From positions 1,828-65,827 of the forward strand of contig CAYHZA010000006.1 of NCBI GenBank assembly GCA_964361095.1: a DNA stretch of 64,000 nucleotides. The letters are read 5' to 3'. Source of the stretch: an uncultured Candidatus Saccharibacteria bacterium (lineage in GTDB: Bacteria > Patescibacteriota > Minisyncoccia > UBA6257 > 2-01-FULL-56-20). This document shows positions 16,906 to 26,325 of this stretch, piece after piece. Each line of letters begins with the position of its first letter. Position 1 is the first letter of the stretch. A model generated the notes under the pieces. It saw only the letters and a program-made list of their open reading frames with translations, searched no databases and had not been told where the DNA came from. Made by a program: the position numbers and the translations under genes.

Positions 16906-19163
16906 ACGAAGAATCCGGCTCGCGAAAATTTTTGATAGGCGCTCTTTTCGCCATTCTCGCTATTATAGTTTTCGGGCTTGTTTGGTTTTTCTTAGGCAGT
17001 GGCTCGGCTTCGCCGGTGGGTTTCGGATGGTACTTGTTCAGTTTCGCGGCGGGGCTTTCGATGATCGTACTCCCCTGCACGCTCCCCTTAGCATTTGTGA
17101 TCGTCCCGCTTTCCATGGGAAAAGGACCGATCAGGGGTTTTATGATCGCGATCGCGTTTGGACTTGGCGTAGCGGTTACGTTAAGCATGTATGGAATAAT
17201 CGCGGCGATAATCGGTAAAGTCGCGATTGGTTCTTTAGGGGCGCCGCTTGAGGTTGTAAAAAATTGGCTCTATTTTATCGCGGGAGCATTCGCGTACCTC
17301 TTTGCATTAGGCGAACTTGGCCTCGTGAAGTTTCGGATGCCCTCCTATAGTGGGGCTTTTCCGGGATTTATCCAAAAACAACAAGATATTTTTAAGGCGC
17401 TTCTTCTTGGACTTTTTTTGGGAAATGTGGGTGTTGGGTGCCCGCATCCGGCAACGCCAGTGATACTTACAAGAATTGCCGTTTCCGGAGATGTTTTTTA
17501 CGGCTGGCTTCTCTTTTTTGTCCATGCGACCGGAAGAATTTTGCCGCTTATCTTTTTGGCAATTTTAGGAATCTTGGGCGTGAACGCGCTAAGTAGTCTC
17601 GTAAAACATAAGGAAAAAATTGCGCGCGCAACCGGTTGGGGAATGGTTTTTGTTGCGGCATTTATTCTCGTGCTCGGGCTCTTCTCGCATGATTGGTGGG
17701 TCACATCCGGCCAGCATACTTATCTCGAGGAATTAACGGGCGAAGAACACTATCTGAATATCATCGCGAAGAACCTTGGCGCGGCAAGCGTTCACCAACA
17801 CGGTTTGCCACCGGCAGATAACACCGGTCTTTTTGGCCTGCCGCTTCCGCTCGGAACCTGGACGCTTTTATTCCTCTGGGTACTCCCCTTTTTCTGGTAT
17901 TACTATAAGAAGAAAAAAAATATTGCCGCTATGACGGAGTCACCGGAAAAACAAAGCGAGCAAAAAACACTCCCCTATCTTTTTTGGAACTTCGTCACGA
18001 TTTCCTTGATTCTCGTGTTGGTTTTTGGATACATCCTTCCGAACCGTTTTCTCCAAAATGCCACAATGGAAACTGATCATCATGATCCTGCGCCAAGGAG
18101 TTCTCCTGGTATAATGATGGAAAACCACGCGAGCGGAACGATGGATATGATGTCTATTGACCGCACAGGGCATACCACACACTACCAAGAAGAATTGAGT
18201 CCGGACGAATATAGGGAAAAATATGGAGAAGAACAAGAGGGTGTGGCGGTGAATTTCAACGCGACGCCGGAGTCGCCGACGGTCGGCGAGGAGGTGAAGT
18301 TCGATTTCTATGTGAATGAAAAGCCAAAAGGCACCCCGATTCCGGAATCAGACCTCGGAGTCCAGCATACGAAAAAAATGCACGTGATTGGCGTGCGCCG
18401 TGATCTCAATGAGTTTCTCCATATTCATCCGGTTGCGCCGCAAGAGACTTCCGCTTACTTAAAAACTGTTTACGTATTCGACAAGCCCGGAGATTATAAG
18501 ATATGGTCGGAGATAAATTACCAAGATGTAAACCTTGTTTATGGACATCCGATCCTTACGGTAAGTGGCGAGGGACCCACATCGGAGCTTGCAAAAGAAA
18601 TAACTACGAATCAAATTGTTGGAGACAAATACCAAGTTGCGATCGATTACCACGATGGGCTCTCCGTGGGAGAGAATAATCATATTGATTTCTCGATCAA
18701 AACCCTTACGGGGAATGGAGTTGTATTAGGTGATTTTCTTGGAGCGAAGATGCATCTATCGGTTATTTCCGAAGACCTTGCGCAATTTATTCATACACAT
18801 CCCAATGATCATGGAGGGATGCAAATGGACGACGGCCATGGCCATAGTTCTCTTGTGCCTGTCGCGCGTGCCAACGGCGGTGAGGAAAGTGTGCCGCAAG
18901 ATCATGTCGGTTTTACGGTACCGTTTGCGAAAGAGGGATTTTATAAGATGTTTGCCCAATTCCGTCCGGCGGATGCCACGCTTTCCGTAGACGACGCTTT
19001 GGTCGCGGAATTTTGGATAAACGTTTCAAAAGCGCAGGAGAAAAAACCGGAAGGGATTTCTCCGTGGTGGCGAAATTTGCTCGTTTCTATCGCCGCGATC
19101 TTAATTTTGAGCTGGGTGGTAAAAAAATTTATCACGGTTCCGCTTGACTTGAAAAAACAGTAA
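16902..19163 (+). CDS. Fusion protein: CcdA/DsbD-like thiol-disulfide transmembrane transporter, Met/His-rich linker, and two periplasmic His-motif (HxHP) beta-sandwich-like metal-binding domains
   Basis: LPCTLPL and GCPHP Cys motifs in TM helices. Then METDHHDP...MMENH...MDMMSI. Two repeats contain LHIHPVAP and IHTHPNDHGGMQMDDGHGH. Confidence 0.55.
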   Translation: MNEESGSRKFLIGALFAILAIIVFGLVWFFLGSGSASPVGFGWYLFSFAAGLSMIVLPCTLPLAFVIVPLSMGKGPIRGFMIAIAFGLGVAVTLSMYGIIAAIIGKVAIGSLGAPLEVVKNWLYFIAGAFAYLFALGELGLVKFRMPSYSGAFPGFIQKQQDIFKALLLGLFLGNVGVGCPHPATPVILTRIAVSGDVFYGWLLFFVHATGRILPLIFLAILGILGVNALSSLVKHKEKIARATGWGMVFVAAFILVLGLFSHDWWVTSGQHTYLEELTGEEHYLNIIAKNLGAASVHQHGLPPADNTGLFGLPLPLGTWTLLFLWVLPFFWYYYKKKKNIAAMTESPEKQSEQKTLPYLFWNFVTISLILVLVFGYILPNRFLQNATMETDHHDPAPRSSPGIMMENHASGTMDMMSIDRTGHTTHYQEELSPDEYREKYGEEQEGVAVNFNATPESPTVGEEVKFDFYVNEKPKGTPIPESDLGVQHTKKMHVIGVRRDLNEFLHIHPVAPQETSAYLKTVYVFDKPGDYKIWSEINYQDVNLVYGHPILTVSGEGPTSELAKEITTNQIVGDKYQVAIDYHDGLSVGENNHIDFSIKTLTGNGVVLGDFLGAKMHLSVISEDLAQFIHTHPNDHGGMQMDDGHGHSSLVPVARANGGEESVPQDHVGFTVPFAKEGFYKMFAQFRPADATLSVDDALVAEFWINVSKAQEKKPEGISPWWRNLLVSIAAILILSWVVKKFITVPLDLKKQ

Positions 19164-19179
19164 GCCAACTCCATAGAAA

Positions 19180-19677
19180 ATGAATAAATATTTTATTTTG
19201 GGATTGGTCGGTTTTCTTATTATTGCGGGGGGTGTTTCGTATAAGGTATTTCTCCGGCCGGCGAGTTCCGAGCCCGTCACGACGGGCGAGGTTAAAGAAT
19301 TTACCGTTACGGCAGAAAAAGACGAGTGGCGTTTTACACCCGAAAACATAGAGGTGAATCGTGGCGATAAAATTATCATGACGGTGGTAAATGAAGACGA
19401 CTATGACCACGGTATCGCGATTGATGCTCTCGGGGTTTCTCAACGAATGCCGGCAAATCAAACCATTAAAATAGAATTCGTGACAACCCAAGCAGGAGAT
19501 TTTCCTTTCTACTGTTCTGTTCCTTGCGGCGAGGGCGAAGTTCATGGTGTGAAACGGACGCACTTTGATATGATAGGCACGATTAAGGTGCGCGATTTAG
19601 TGAGGGAAGATAAGAATCCCCTGCCGACGGATACAAACGGGATTCATATTAAAGGCGAGTTAGATATCAATTTATAA
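19180..19677 (+). CDS. Membrane-anchored cupredoxin-like copper protein
   Basis: N-terminal TM helix and a C-terminal FYCSVPCGEGEVHG...HFDM ligand pattern (Cys/His/Met, CuA/type-1-like). Confidence 0.55.
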   Translation: MNKYFILGLVGFLIIAGGVSYKVFLRPASSEPVTTGEVKEFTVTAEKDEWRFTPENIEVNRGDKIIMTVVNEDDYDHGIAIDALGVSQRMPANQTIKIEFVTTQAGDFPFYCSVPCGEGEVHGVKRTHFDMIGTIKVRDLVREDKNPLPTDTNGIHIKGELDINL

Positions 19678-19689
19678 GATCCAATTTTT

Positions 19690-22068
19690 ATGGCCAAGTA
19701 TGTTCTTAAAGTAAAGGGAATGCATTGCGCTTCCTGCTCGGTGCTGATCGACAAACTGATCGGCAAGCAGGAAGGCATCACTTCGATCAAAACGAGCTAC
19801 GGCGCGGAGAAAACGTCTATTGAATTTGATGAGTCAAAGATCTCGCTTGAAAAAATAGATGAGTTTATTCATAAACTTGGCTATGACTTGATCCGTCCCG
19901 ACGAGGCATCCGCCACTCCCGAGGAAGAAGAGGCGAAAGACAGACGCATTATCAAAGAGGCACAGCGGCGCGTTATCGCCGCATTTGCGCTCGCTCTCCC
20001 GATTATCATCTATTACATGGCGCTGCATATGTTCAATTTGAAACATGTGCACGCGATCTATGGCATCGATCTGAACTACATTTACTGGGTCCTCTCGACA
20101 CCCATCCAGTTTATTATCGGCTGGTCTTTCTATAAGAATTCATTCACTTCGATTCGCGTGGGATCCGCGAATATGGATGTACTGGTGGCTCTCGGAACTT
20201 CCGCGGCGTATCTTTACTCAACGATAGGGTTTCTTTTCTTCAACATCGACCATCCGTTCTGGGAGTCCTCCGCCGCCCTTCTTGCATTTATTCTCTTAGG
20301 CCGCTATTTTGAGGCGGTCGCGAAAGGCAGGGCATCGAGTGCGATCAAAGAACTTCTGAAACTTGAAGCGAAAGACGCGCATGTCTTGCGTGATGGACAG
20401 GAGATATTGGTTCCCATCGACCAACTCAAAGAAGGCGACATCGTTGTGGTTCGTCCGGGCGAAAAGATTCCTGTTGATGGCATAATCATTGAGGGAAAAA
20501 GCCATATAGACGAAAAGGTGGTAACCGGTGAATCATATCCGGTTACGAAGACCGTGGGCGACGAAGTAATTGGCGCGACCATTAATCAGGAAGGACTTCT
20601 AAAATTTAGGGTTACAAAAGTCGGGAAAAATACCCTCCTCTCGCAAATTGTCCAAATGGTTGAAGAAGCGCAAGCATCGAAGGCGCATATCCAAGACCTG
20701 GTGGATAAAATTTCCGAATATTTTGTTCCCGCGGTAGTCGTCATTTCTATTTTTGTATTTGTCGGTTGGTATTTCGTGGCGGGACTTCCCTTTCGCGCGG
20801 GATTGATCCGCACGATAGCCGTGCTCGTGATTTCCTGTCCGTGCGCGATGGGACTTGCGACTCCCACCGCTTTGATGGTTGGCATCGGCCGCGCGACAAA
20901 ATTCGGCATTATTTTGAAGGGTGGCGAGGCGCTTGAGAAGGCCTACCAAATTGATGCCATCGCCTTTGACAAAACCGGCACGCTTACGATCGGAAAACCG
21001 ACGGTAACGGAGTTTATACTTCTCGATCCAAGCGTTGATCATAAAAAAGCGTTAGCCGTTATTGGGGCACTTGAAATGGGATCCGAACATCCACTCGCTC
21101 GGGCAATCGCCGAAAAAGCAAAGCAAGAGCTTGGTGAAAAAAATCTTCCCAAAGTTTCTAATTTCGAAGCCGTCGCGGGATTGGGTGTTAAAGGAACAGT
21201 AGAAAAAAAGGCCGCTTTCGTTGGAAATCAGGCCTTTATAGAGGGTTTGGGAATGAAAACCGATAAGTACGCGACGGAAGTCCAAAAGCTTCAGGGTGAG
21301 GCAAAAACAGTCGTTTTCGCGGCATATGGGAAGAAGATTATAGCCATTTTGGCACTTGCCGACACCCTAAAGCCTTATGCTCAAGAAGCCATTCGAGAGT
21401 TAAAAAAGATGGGGAAAGAGGTCATCATGATAACCGGTGATAACCCAAAAACCGCCGAAGCGATTTCAAAACAGATAGGCATTGACAGGTTTTACGCGCA
21501 AGTTCTGCCGCAGGACAAAGCACAGCTCATTAAAAGCATACAAGAAGGAAAAGATTCAACGACGAATGGCGTGAAATCGGGAAGTAAAAAAGTGGCTATG
21601 GTGGGCGACGGCATCAATGACTCCCCTGCTCTCGCGCAGTCGGATTTGGGTATTGCGATTGGTTCCGGCACGGATGTTGCGATCGCGACGGGAGAAATTA
21701 TTTTAGTCAAGGACGATCTCCGCGATGTCGTAACCGCGATACAGCTGTCGGGAAAAACAATCAAAAAAGTCTGGGGTAATCTCTTCTGGGCGTTCGTCTA
21801 TAATGTAGTCGCGATTCCCGTCGCCGGAGGTATCCACCTTCTTGTGACCCAAAGCTCGCTTGGGGTTGCCGCGCCCTGGGTATTAAATACGGTAAGCGCT
21901 ATGGGCGGGCAGGCAGGACAAGTATTCCTTAATCTCTCACAGGCAACGCTTCGTCCGGAAATCGCGGGGTTCGCGATGGCGTTGAGTTCCATTTCAGTCG
22001 TTTTGAACTCCCTGCTTTTGCGGCGTTATACTCCGCCAATTGAGAGATCAATAAGTGTGGTAAAATAA
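19690..22068 (+). CDS. copA: Copper-translocating P1B-type ATPase
   Basis: N-terminal HMA domain (GMHCASCSV), CPC motif ([11 protein letters not shown]), DKTGT, and the [10 protein letters not shown] hinge. Confidence 0.92.
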   Translation: MAKYVLKVKGMHCASCSVLIDKLIGKQEGITSIKTSYGAEKTSIEFDESKISLEKIDEFIHKLGYDLIRPDEASATPEEEEAKDRRIIKEAQRRVIAAFALALPIIIYYMALHMFNLKHVHAIYGIDLNYIYWVLSTPIQFIIGWSFYKNSFTSIRVGSANMDVLVALGTSAAYLYSTIGFLFFNIDHPFWESSAALLAFILLGRYFEAVAKGRASSAIKELLKLEAKDAHVLRDGQEILVPIDQLKEGDIVVVRPGEKIPVDGIIIEGKSHIDEKVVTGESYPVTKTVGDEVIGATINQEGLLKFRVTKVGKNTLLSQIVQMVEEAQASKAHIQDLVDKISEYFVPAVVVISIFVFVGWYFVAGLPFRAGLIRTIAVLVISCPCAMGLATPTALMVGIGRATKFGIILKGGEALEKAYQIDAIAFDKTGTLTIGKPTVTEFILLDPSVDHKKALAVIGALEMGSEHPLARAIAEKAKQELGEKNLPKVSNFEAVAGLGVKGTVEKKAAFVGNQAFIEGLGMKTDKYATEVQKLQGEAKTVVFAAYGKKIIAILALADTLKPYAQEAIRELKKMGKEVIMITGDNPKTAEAISKQIGIDRFYAQVLPQDKAQLIKSIQEGKDSTTNGVKSGSKKVAMVGDGINDSPALAQSDLGIAIGSGTDVAIATGEIILVKDDLRDVVTAIQLSGKTIKKVWGNLFWAFVYNVVAIPVAGGIHLLVTQSSLGVAAPWVLNTVSAMGGQAGQVFLNLSQATLRPEIAGFAMALSSISVVLNSLLLRRYTPPIERSISVVK

Positions 22069-22072
22069 ATGT

Positions 22073-22213
22073 ATGGAAAAAATAACATTAAATATCACGG
22101 GTATGCACTTTGGGTCGCTCGTCGCTATACAGCAACTCGCTCCTTCAAAACCCTCGGTTTTGAATTCGTCCTTCGACTTCGCTCAGGACTCATTCCTACA
22201 CGGGGAAAACTAA
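22073..22213 (+). pseudogene. Degenerate partial duplicate of the copZ 5' end (46-aa ORF with the metal-binding CxxC replaced by FGSL)
   Basis: MEKITLNITGMHFGSLVA.. against CopZ MEKITLNISGMHCGSCAI... The DNA is near-identical over the first ~35 nt. Confidence 0.4.
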
Positions 22214-22250
22214 CCTTTTCCCCGACCCCCTTTTGCCCGCAATGCATTCC

Positions 22251-22259
22251 TGATATAAT
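22251..22259 (+). promoter_or_regulatory. Extended -10 element TGaTATAAT lying 6 nt upstream of the copZ ATG (would give a leaderless copZ mRNA)
   Basis: Sequence match to TGnTATAAT; there is no Shine-Dalgarno sequence between it and the ATG. Confidence 0.35.
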
Positions 22260-22265
22260 TTTTAC

Positions 22266-22472
22266 ATGGAGAAAATCACATTAAATATATCAGGAATGCA
22301 TTGCGGCTCCTGCGCGATTGGAATTCAGATGCTCGTCTCCGGAATGGATGGGGTGAAATCCGTGAATGTTGATTATGAAGGTAAAAAAGGAGTCTTTGAG
22401 TTCGACTCCTCGAAGGTTACCAAAGAACAAATTATCAAAGGTATTGAGGAGTTAGGGTACAAGGCAACTTAG
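22266..22472 (+). CDS. copZ: Copper chaperone CopZ (HMA domain)
   Basis: GMHCGSCA metal-binding motif; 68 aa. Confidence 0.85.
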   Translation: MEKITLNISGMHCGSCAIGIQMLVSGMDGVKSVNVDYEGKKGVFEFDSSKVTKEQIIKGIEELGYKAT

Positions 22473-22598
22473 TTAATCGTTTTTCTCAATAATAATCGGC
22501 GCGTGATTGAATTCACGGTTCGCCAAATAGCCAAGTCCAAAGCTTAAGGTGGCGACTAGAAAGATAATCAGAGTAAAAACAATCTCCCTCTTATGCAT
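22473..22598 (-). CDS. Putative 41-aa membrane-anchored peptide (below the ORF-track size cut-off)
   Basis: MHKREIVFTLIIFLVATLSFGLGYLANREFNHAPIIIEKND. Convergent with copZ and has no homology. Confidence 0.2.
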   Translation of the reverse strand: MHKREIVFTLIIFLVATLSFGLGYLANREFNHAPIIIEKND

Positions 22599-22650
22599 CA
22601 CTACATAATCCCTAATTTTCATTTTTTAACTTTAAATTGTAATTTTGAAC

Positions 22651-22667
22651 TTTGATATTTGATTTTT
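22651..22667. repeat. Third copy of the 17-nt motif TTTGATATTTGATTTTT (identical to the reverse complement of 16413-16430)
   Basis: Exact 17-nt match. It lies in the 3' intergenic region between convergent copZ and the exonuclease gene. Confidence 0.5.
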
Positions 22668-22677
22668 GATCTATGCC

Positions 22678-23397
22678 CTAGAACTGCAAGTAATTTTCCC
22701 ATTTTTCGTAAAGCGCGCGGGTGGCGCGCAGGTCGCCCACGTTATACTTCGCTATTTCTAAGTATTTCTTCTTCTTAAAAAGTGGTCCTACATCGTCTCC
22801 TGTTACGCCGCTCACCTTAGGGCTTTCTATTCCGAATGCCCGCGCCCAGAGGTGCAAGCTCCCCTTCCGTCGAGTCGCCCCATAGAACGAAAGTTGTTCC
22901 AGAAGATCAATATGAAGCGCTTCGGGATTATGCTGATAGAGATACCGTCCGCGCATAAGGTCTTTGGTCGGTCGAATACCAAAAATTGCCGAACGAATCA
23001 TCAAAAACGGAATATCGAATCCCCTTCCGTTAAAGGTGATAAAGACCTGATAGTGCTGCGCGGCTTCCCAAAAACGCTTCAACATCTCCTCTTCTGTCAT
23101 CGGCTTAAAGGTAACGCCGTCTTCTTTTGTTTCTTCTGTTTTTTGACCCGGGGATTGATAATACACAGCGCCCTCATTTTTGTAATAATCGAGCATGCCG
23201 ATCGCAACGATCTGTCCCGTTAAAGGCGAAAACCCAAGGCCGCTTTTCAGGTCTTCGAGAGCTAATTTGTACTCTTCCTCGTCGTCGGATTCTTTCTTAA
23301 TCCAGCGGGTAAGATTTTCTTTAGTCGCCTTATCCAATGCGTCAAAATCCTCTCCGATCGTTTCAATATCCAAAATAAGCTTTTGCTGGGTTGACAT
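22678..23397 (-). CDS. DEDD-type 3'-5' exonuclease, RNase H-like fold (PolB-exonuclease/YprB-like)
   Basis: LILDIETIG (Exo I D-x-E) and FNGRGFDIPFL motifs. Start assigned to ATG 23397 (MSTQQK), not the ORF-track start at 23448, which runs into the palindrome. Confidence 0.55.
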   Translation of the reverse strand: MSTQQKLILDIETIGEDFDALDKATKENLTRWIKKESDDEEEYKLALEDLKSGLGFSPLTGQIVAIGMLDYYKNEGAVYYQSPGQKTEETKEDGVTFKPMTEEEMLKRFWEAAQHYQVFITFNGRGFDIPFLMIRSAIFGIRPTKDLMRGRYLYQHNPEALHIDLLEQLSFYGATRRKGSLHLWARAFGIESPKVSGVTGDDVGPLFKKKKYLEIAKYNVGDLRATRALYEKWENYLQF

Positions 23398-23449
23398 GAT
23401 TGTGAACTTTACACTTATATTACTATACTTAAAAGAGAAAGCGAACAAT

Positions 23450-23481
23450 CACCGAGCACATAAAATTTTATGTGCTCGGTG
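23450..23481. promoter_or_regulatory. Perfect 32-bp palindrome CACCGAGCACATAAAATTTTATGTGCTCGGTG in the divergent exonuclease/rpmA intergenic region
   Basis: Exact reverse-complement symmetry, about 20 nt upstream of a TTGACA -35-like hexamer for rpmA. Confidence 0.5.
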
Positions 23482-23534
23482 CTCTTAATTCTAGATAGAT
23501 TTGACAGTTTCTCTCAAATCTATAGAATTAAGGC

Positions 23535-23807
23535 ATGGCACATACTCAATCAGGTGGTTCAACTAAATTAGGACGCGACTCGCGCTCCAAACGACTCGGC
23601 ATAAAACTCCAAGACGGACAGCCGATCAAGGCCGGTCAAATTATTCTTCGACAGCGCGGGACGAGATATCTTCCCGGTACGAATGTTGTTCGCGCCGGCG
23701 ATGACACGTTATACGCGAAAAAAGGCGGCGTAATAAAGTTTTCTTCAAGAATAAAAATAAGGTTTGACGGCAGACGACGGGAGGCTACGGTTGTTGCTGT
23801 AATATAA
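23535..23807 (+). CDS. rpmA: 50S ribosomal protein L27
   Basis: [16 protein letters not shown].. L27 signature. Confidence 0.92.
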   Translation: MAHTQSGGSTKLGRDSRSKRLGIKLQDGQPIKAGQIILRQRGTRYLPGTNVVRAGDDTLYAKKGGVIKFSSRIKIRFDGRRREATVVAVI

Positions 23808-24234
23808 CGAGAAGCGTAGCTTTTACGTCTTTTTTAAGATCCAATTCGATCTTGTGCTCACCCAATTCTTTAAGAGGGTGATCGATTTTCGCATCTATCC
23901 GTTCCGTGGTGATGAGCTTATTCTCGCGCAGTGATTTTAAGATCATATCTTTTGTGATCGATCCGAATGTTTTCCCTTCTGCGTTTGTTTTTACGAAGAA
24001 TGTGATTGAACGCTCCTTGAGCCGTTCGGCAAGCGCGAGAAGATGTTTTTTTGTTTCCCCGCCTTCTTTTTCAAGTTTTGCTTTCAGGTTTGTAAGCTCT
24101 TTTGTGGCTCCCGGCGTTGCCGGTTTTACTAATCCTCGCGGAATCAAAAAGTTTTTGGCGTGACCGTCCGAGACTTCTTTCGTGTCGTATTTATTCCCCA
24201 GTCCTTTGATATCGCAAAGTAAAATTACCTTCAT
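23785..24234 (-). CDS. rplI: 50S ribosomal protein L9
   Basis: [32 protein letters not shown].. L9 N-domain plus C-domain. Confidence 0.9.
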   Translation of the reverse strand: MKVILLCDIKGLGNKYDTKEVSDGHAKNFLIPRGLVKPATPGATKELTNLKAKLEKEGGETKKHLLALAERLKERSITFFVKTNAEGKTFGSITKDMILKSLRENKLITTERIDAKIDHPLKELGEHKIELDLKKDVKATLLVILQQQP

Positions 24235-25472
24235 AATCCTAAAACGGAAATTTCTTTTCTTAAAAGTTCGATCGCTTTTTCAAGCTGCGGATCGCGCTTA
24301 TTCTTTATGTCTTCTTCGGATAGTTTGACGGGAACGTCCGGAGCAATCCCCTCTTCTTCCAATATTTTTCCGCTCGGCAAAACCCAGTGGGCAACGGTAA
24401 TTTTAACCGAAGAACCGTCCCGCAGTTCTTCTATTTCTTGAACCACACCTTTCCCGAATGTTTTTTCTCCGATAAGCTTGATCTTGCGGTTGTCGTGGAG
24501 GGCGCCCGCTAAAATTTCCGACGCCGAAGCGGAACCTTCATTAATAAGAATGACCGTCGGCATTTTTACGAGCGTTCCGTTTCCGTCAGCCTTAAAGACA
24601 TCAGTCGGTCCGCGAGGCCCCTCTTCGCTTACCACGAGTGTTCCCGGCTCCAAAAACCATCCGGCGAGGTCAACCGCGACCGAAAGAAATCCTCCGGGGT
24701 TGTTTCGTAGATCAAGAATAATGCCTTTTGCCTTTGCCGCCCGGGCATTGCTTACCGCCTGCGCGAATTGCGGAAGCGCGACGGCATTAAAACTGTGGAG
24801 CTGGATATAGGCAAAGCTATCTTTCATCTCAAAATCCAGTGTTGGAACGATAATTCTACTGCGAACTATCTTGAATTCTTTAGGCTCTTTCCACTCTTTG
24901 CGTAATACAAGAAGTGTTATAGTGCTACCCTCCGGTCCTCGTATGAGATTAACCGCTTCTTCCACCCCGAGACCGTCCGTAATGTCGCCATCGATTTTTA
25001 AAATAAGATCTCCCGCCATTAATCCCGCGCGGATTGCCGGTGTGTTCTTAAGGGGAGAAACGACGGTCAGAATTTCGTTACGAATACCGATTTCTGCTCC
25101 GATGCCTCCAAAATTGCCGCGTATGTCTTCTTGAAACTTTTTGGCGTTATCGGGAGAAAAAAATTGGGAATAAGGATCTTGCAATGAACTTATGAGGCCC
25201 TGAATCGCTCCTCGGGTCTTTTGTTCAGCGGTTACTTCTTTGTTCTTCAAGTATTTATCATCAACAAGGTTCCAAACTTCCCAGAATAAACTGAAGTCCG
25301 AAGTGTTTGACGGTTTCCCCTCTTCGATATTTGCGACTCCTTTTACCGTAATTGTTTCGGGTATACTCCTTCCGATTTGATACCCGAACGAAAAAACACT
25401 TATTGAAAAAAATCCGATAAGCAGTGTCCACGAAGCGACAAGGATCACTCGACGTTTTGAAAGTGGGCTCAT
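24231..25472 (-). CDS. ctpA: Carboxyl-terminal processing protease (S41) with PDZ domain
   Basis: S41 motifs (GIGAEIG.., ..RNNPGG.., GKGVVQ). Start assigned to ATG 25472 (MSPLSKRR). Confidence 0.85.
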   Translation of the reverse strand: MSPLSKRRVILVASWTLLIGFFSISVFSFGYQIGRSIPETITVKGVANIEEGKPSNTSDFSLFWEVWNLVDDKYLKNKEVTAEQKTRGAIQGLISSLQDPYSQFFSPDNAKKFQEDIRGNFGGIGAEIGIRNEILTVVSPLKNTPAIRAGLMAGDLILKIDGDITDGLGVEEAVNLIRGPEGSTITLLVLRKEWKEPKEFKIVRSRIIVPTLDFEMKDSFAYIQLHSFNAVALPQFAQAVSNARAAKAKGIILDLRNNPGGFLSVAVDLAGWFLEPGTLVVSEEGPRGPTDVFKADGNGTLVKMPTVILINEGSASASEILAGALHDNRKIKLIGEKTFGKGVVQEIEELRDGSSVKITVAHWVLPSGKILEEEGIAPDVPVKLSEEDIKNKRDPQLEKAIELLRKEISVLGL

Positions 25473-25536
25473 ATTTATAGTATTGTACGTCACAATCGCG
25501 CCTTTGTAAAATAAAGAAATGGTATAGAATAAGAGC

Positions 25537-25806
25537 ATGCAAGGTAACGAGGGATATCTCAAAAAACTTCAAGAAAGAAGGCTTGAATCAAAGGTATACA
25601 AGGAGTTTCAGCTTATCGGGCTTGAGATTGCGGAGGCGCTTCACGATCTGAGTCACAAGGCGCTTTATATTAAACTCGCGAAAGAACGGGATAGCCGTGA
25701 TTTACTGCGTAAAGCGAAAGAGGTTTCCGAAAACCCGAACGTAAAAAATAAAGGCGCGTATTTTATGCGAATCATCATGGACGAATCGAAAAAAAATGCC
25801 AAGTAA
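25537..25806 (+). CDS. Hypothetical small basic protein
   Basis: 89-aa ORF with helical, charged composition. Confidence 0.3.
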   Translation: MQGNEGYLKKLQERRLESKVYKEFQLIGLEIAEALHDLSHKALYIKLAKERDSRDLLRKAKEVSENPNVKNKGAYFMRIIMDESKKNAK

Positions 25807-26323
25807 AATTTGGACGATTAAAAATAAAAAAGAGGAGCGGTTCTTGCGAGAGAAAACCAACGTTTTTGAATTTCCTAAATATCATAAAGAAGTTCAAGAA
25901 TTGGTAAAAACTATGCGAGAAACAATGAAGGAAGCGAATGGCGTAGGACTTGCGGCGAATCAAATAGGTCTTACGATGAGAGTTTTCGTAGCGCAAGTTC
26001 CCGATCCGAGTGGAAGTTTAAAATTCTACTCGCTTTTTAACCCGCGCATCGAGAAAACTGGCGGCGAAAAATTATTGCTTGAGGAGGGTTGTTTAAGCGT
26101 GCCGGGTGTATACGGAAAAGTAGAACGCTATGAGCGTGTCACGTTAAGCGGTTTTGATAAAAACGGTAGGTCGGTGAAGATTAAGGCGTGGGGGCTTCTC
26201 GCGCACGTTTTTCAACACGAAGTTGATCACTTAAACGGCGTGTTATTTATTGATAAGGCAAAGGAACTCTATGAAGTTTCTGCCTCCGATCGTATTGCGG
26301 CAAAAAACAAAGCTACTCGATAG
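25796..26323 (+). CDS. def: Peptide deformylase
   Basis: GVGLAANQIG, EGCLSVPG and HEVDHLNG motifs. Confidence 0.9.
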   Translation: MPSKIWTIKNKKEERFLREKTNVFEFPKYHKEVQELVKTMRETMKEANGVGLAANQIGLTMRVFVAQVPDPSGSLKFYSLFNPRIEKTGGEKLLLEEGCLSVPGVYGKVERYERVTLSGFDKNGRSVKIKAWGLLAHVFQHEVDHLNGVLFIDKAKELYEVSASDRIAAKNKATR

Positions 26324-26325
26324 AA

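Noticed and set aside
16895-17188. 97-aa minus-strand ORF and 78-aa plus-strand ORF overlapping the 5' end of the CcdA-fusion gene
   Set aside because: Overlap a membrane-protein gene with coherent TM periodicity; no independent support.
20599-21042. 147-aa and 107-aa minus-strand ORFs inside copA
   Set aside because: Antisense to the strongly supported P-type ATPase gene; no motifs.
22069-22284. 71-aa ORF-track CDS immediately after copA
   Set aside because: It is in a different frame from the copZ-like remnant (22073..22213) and its translation has no similarity to anything recognisable. The copZ-like frame is the meaningful one, and even that is judged a pseudogene.
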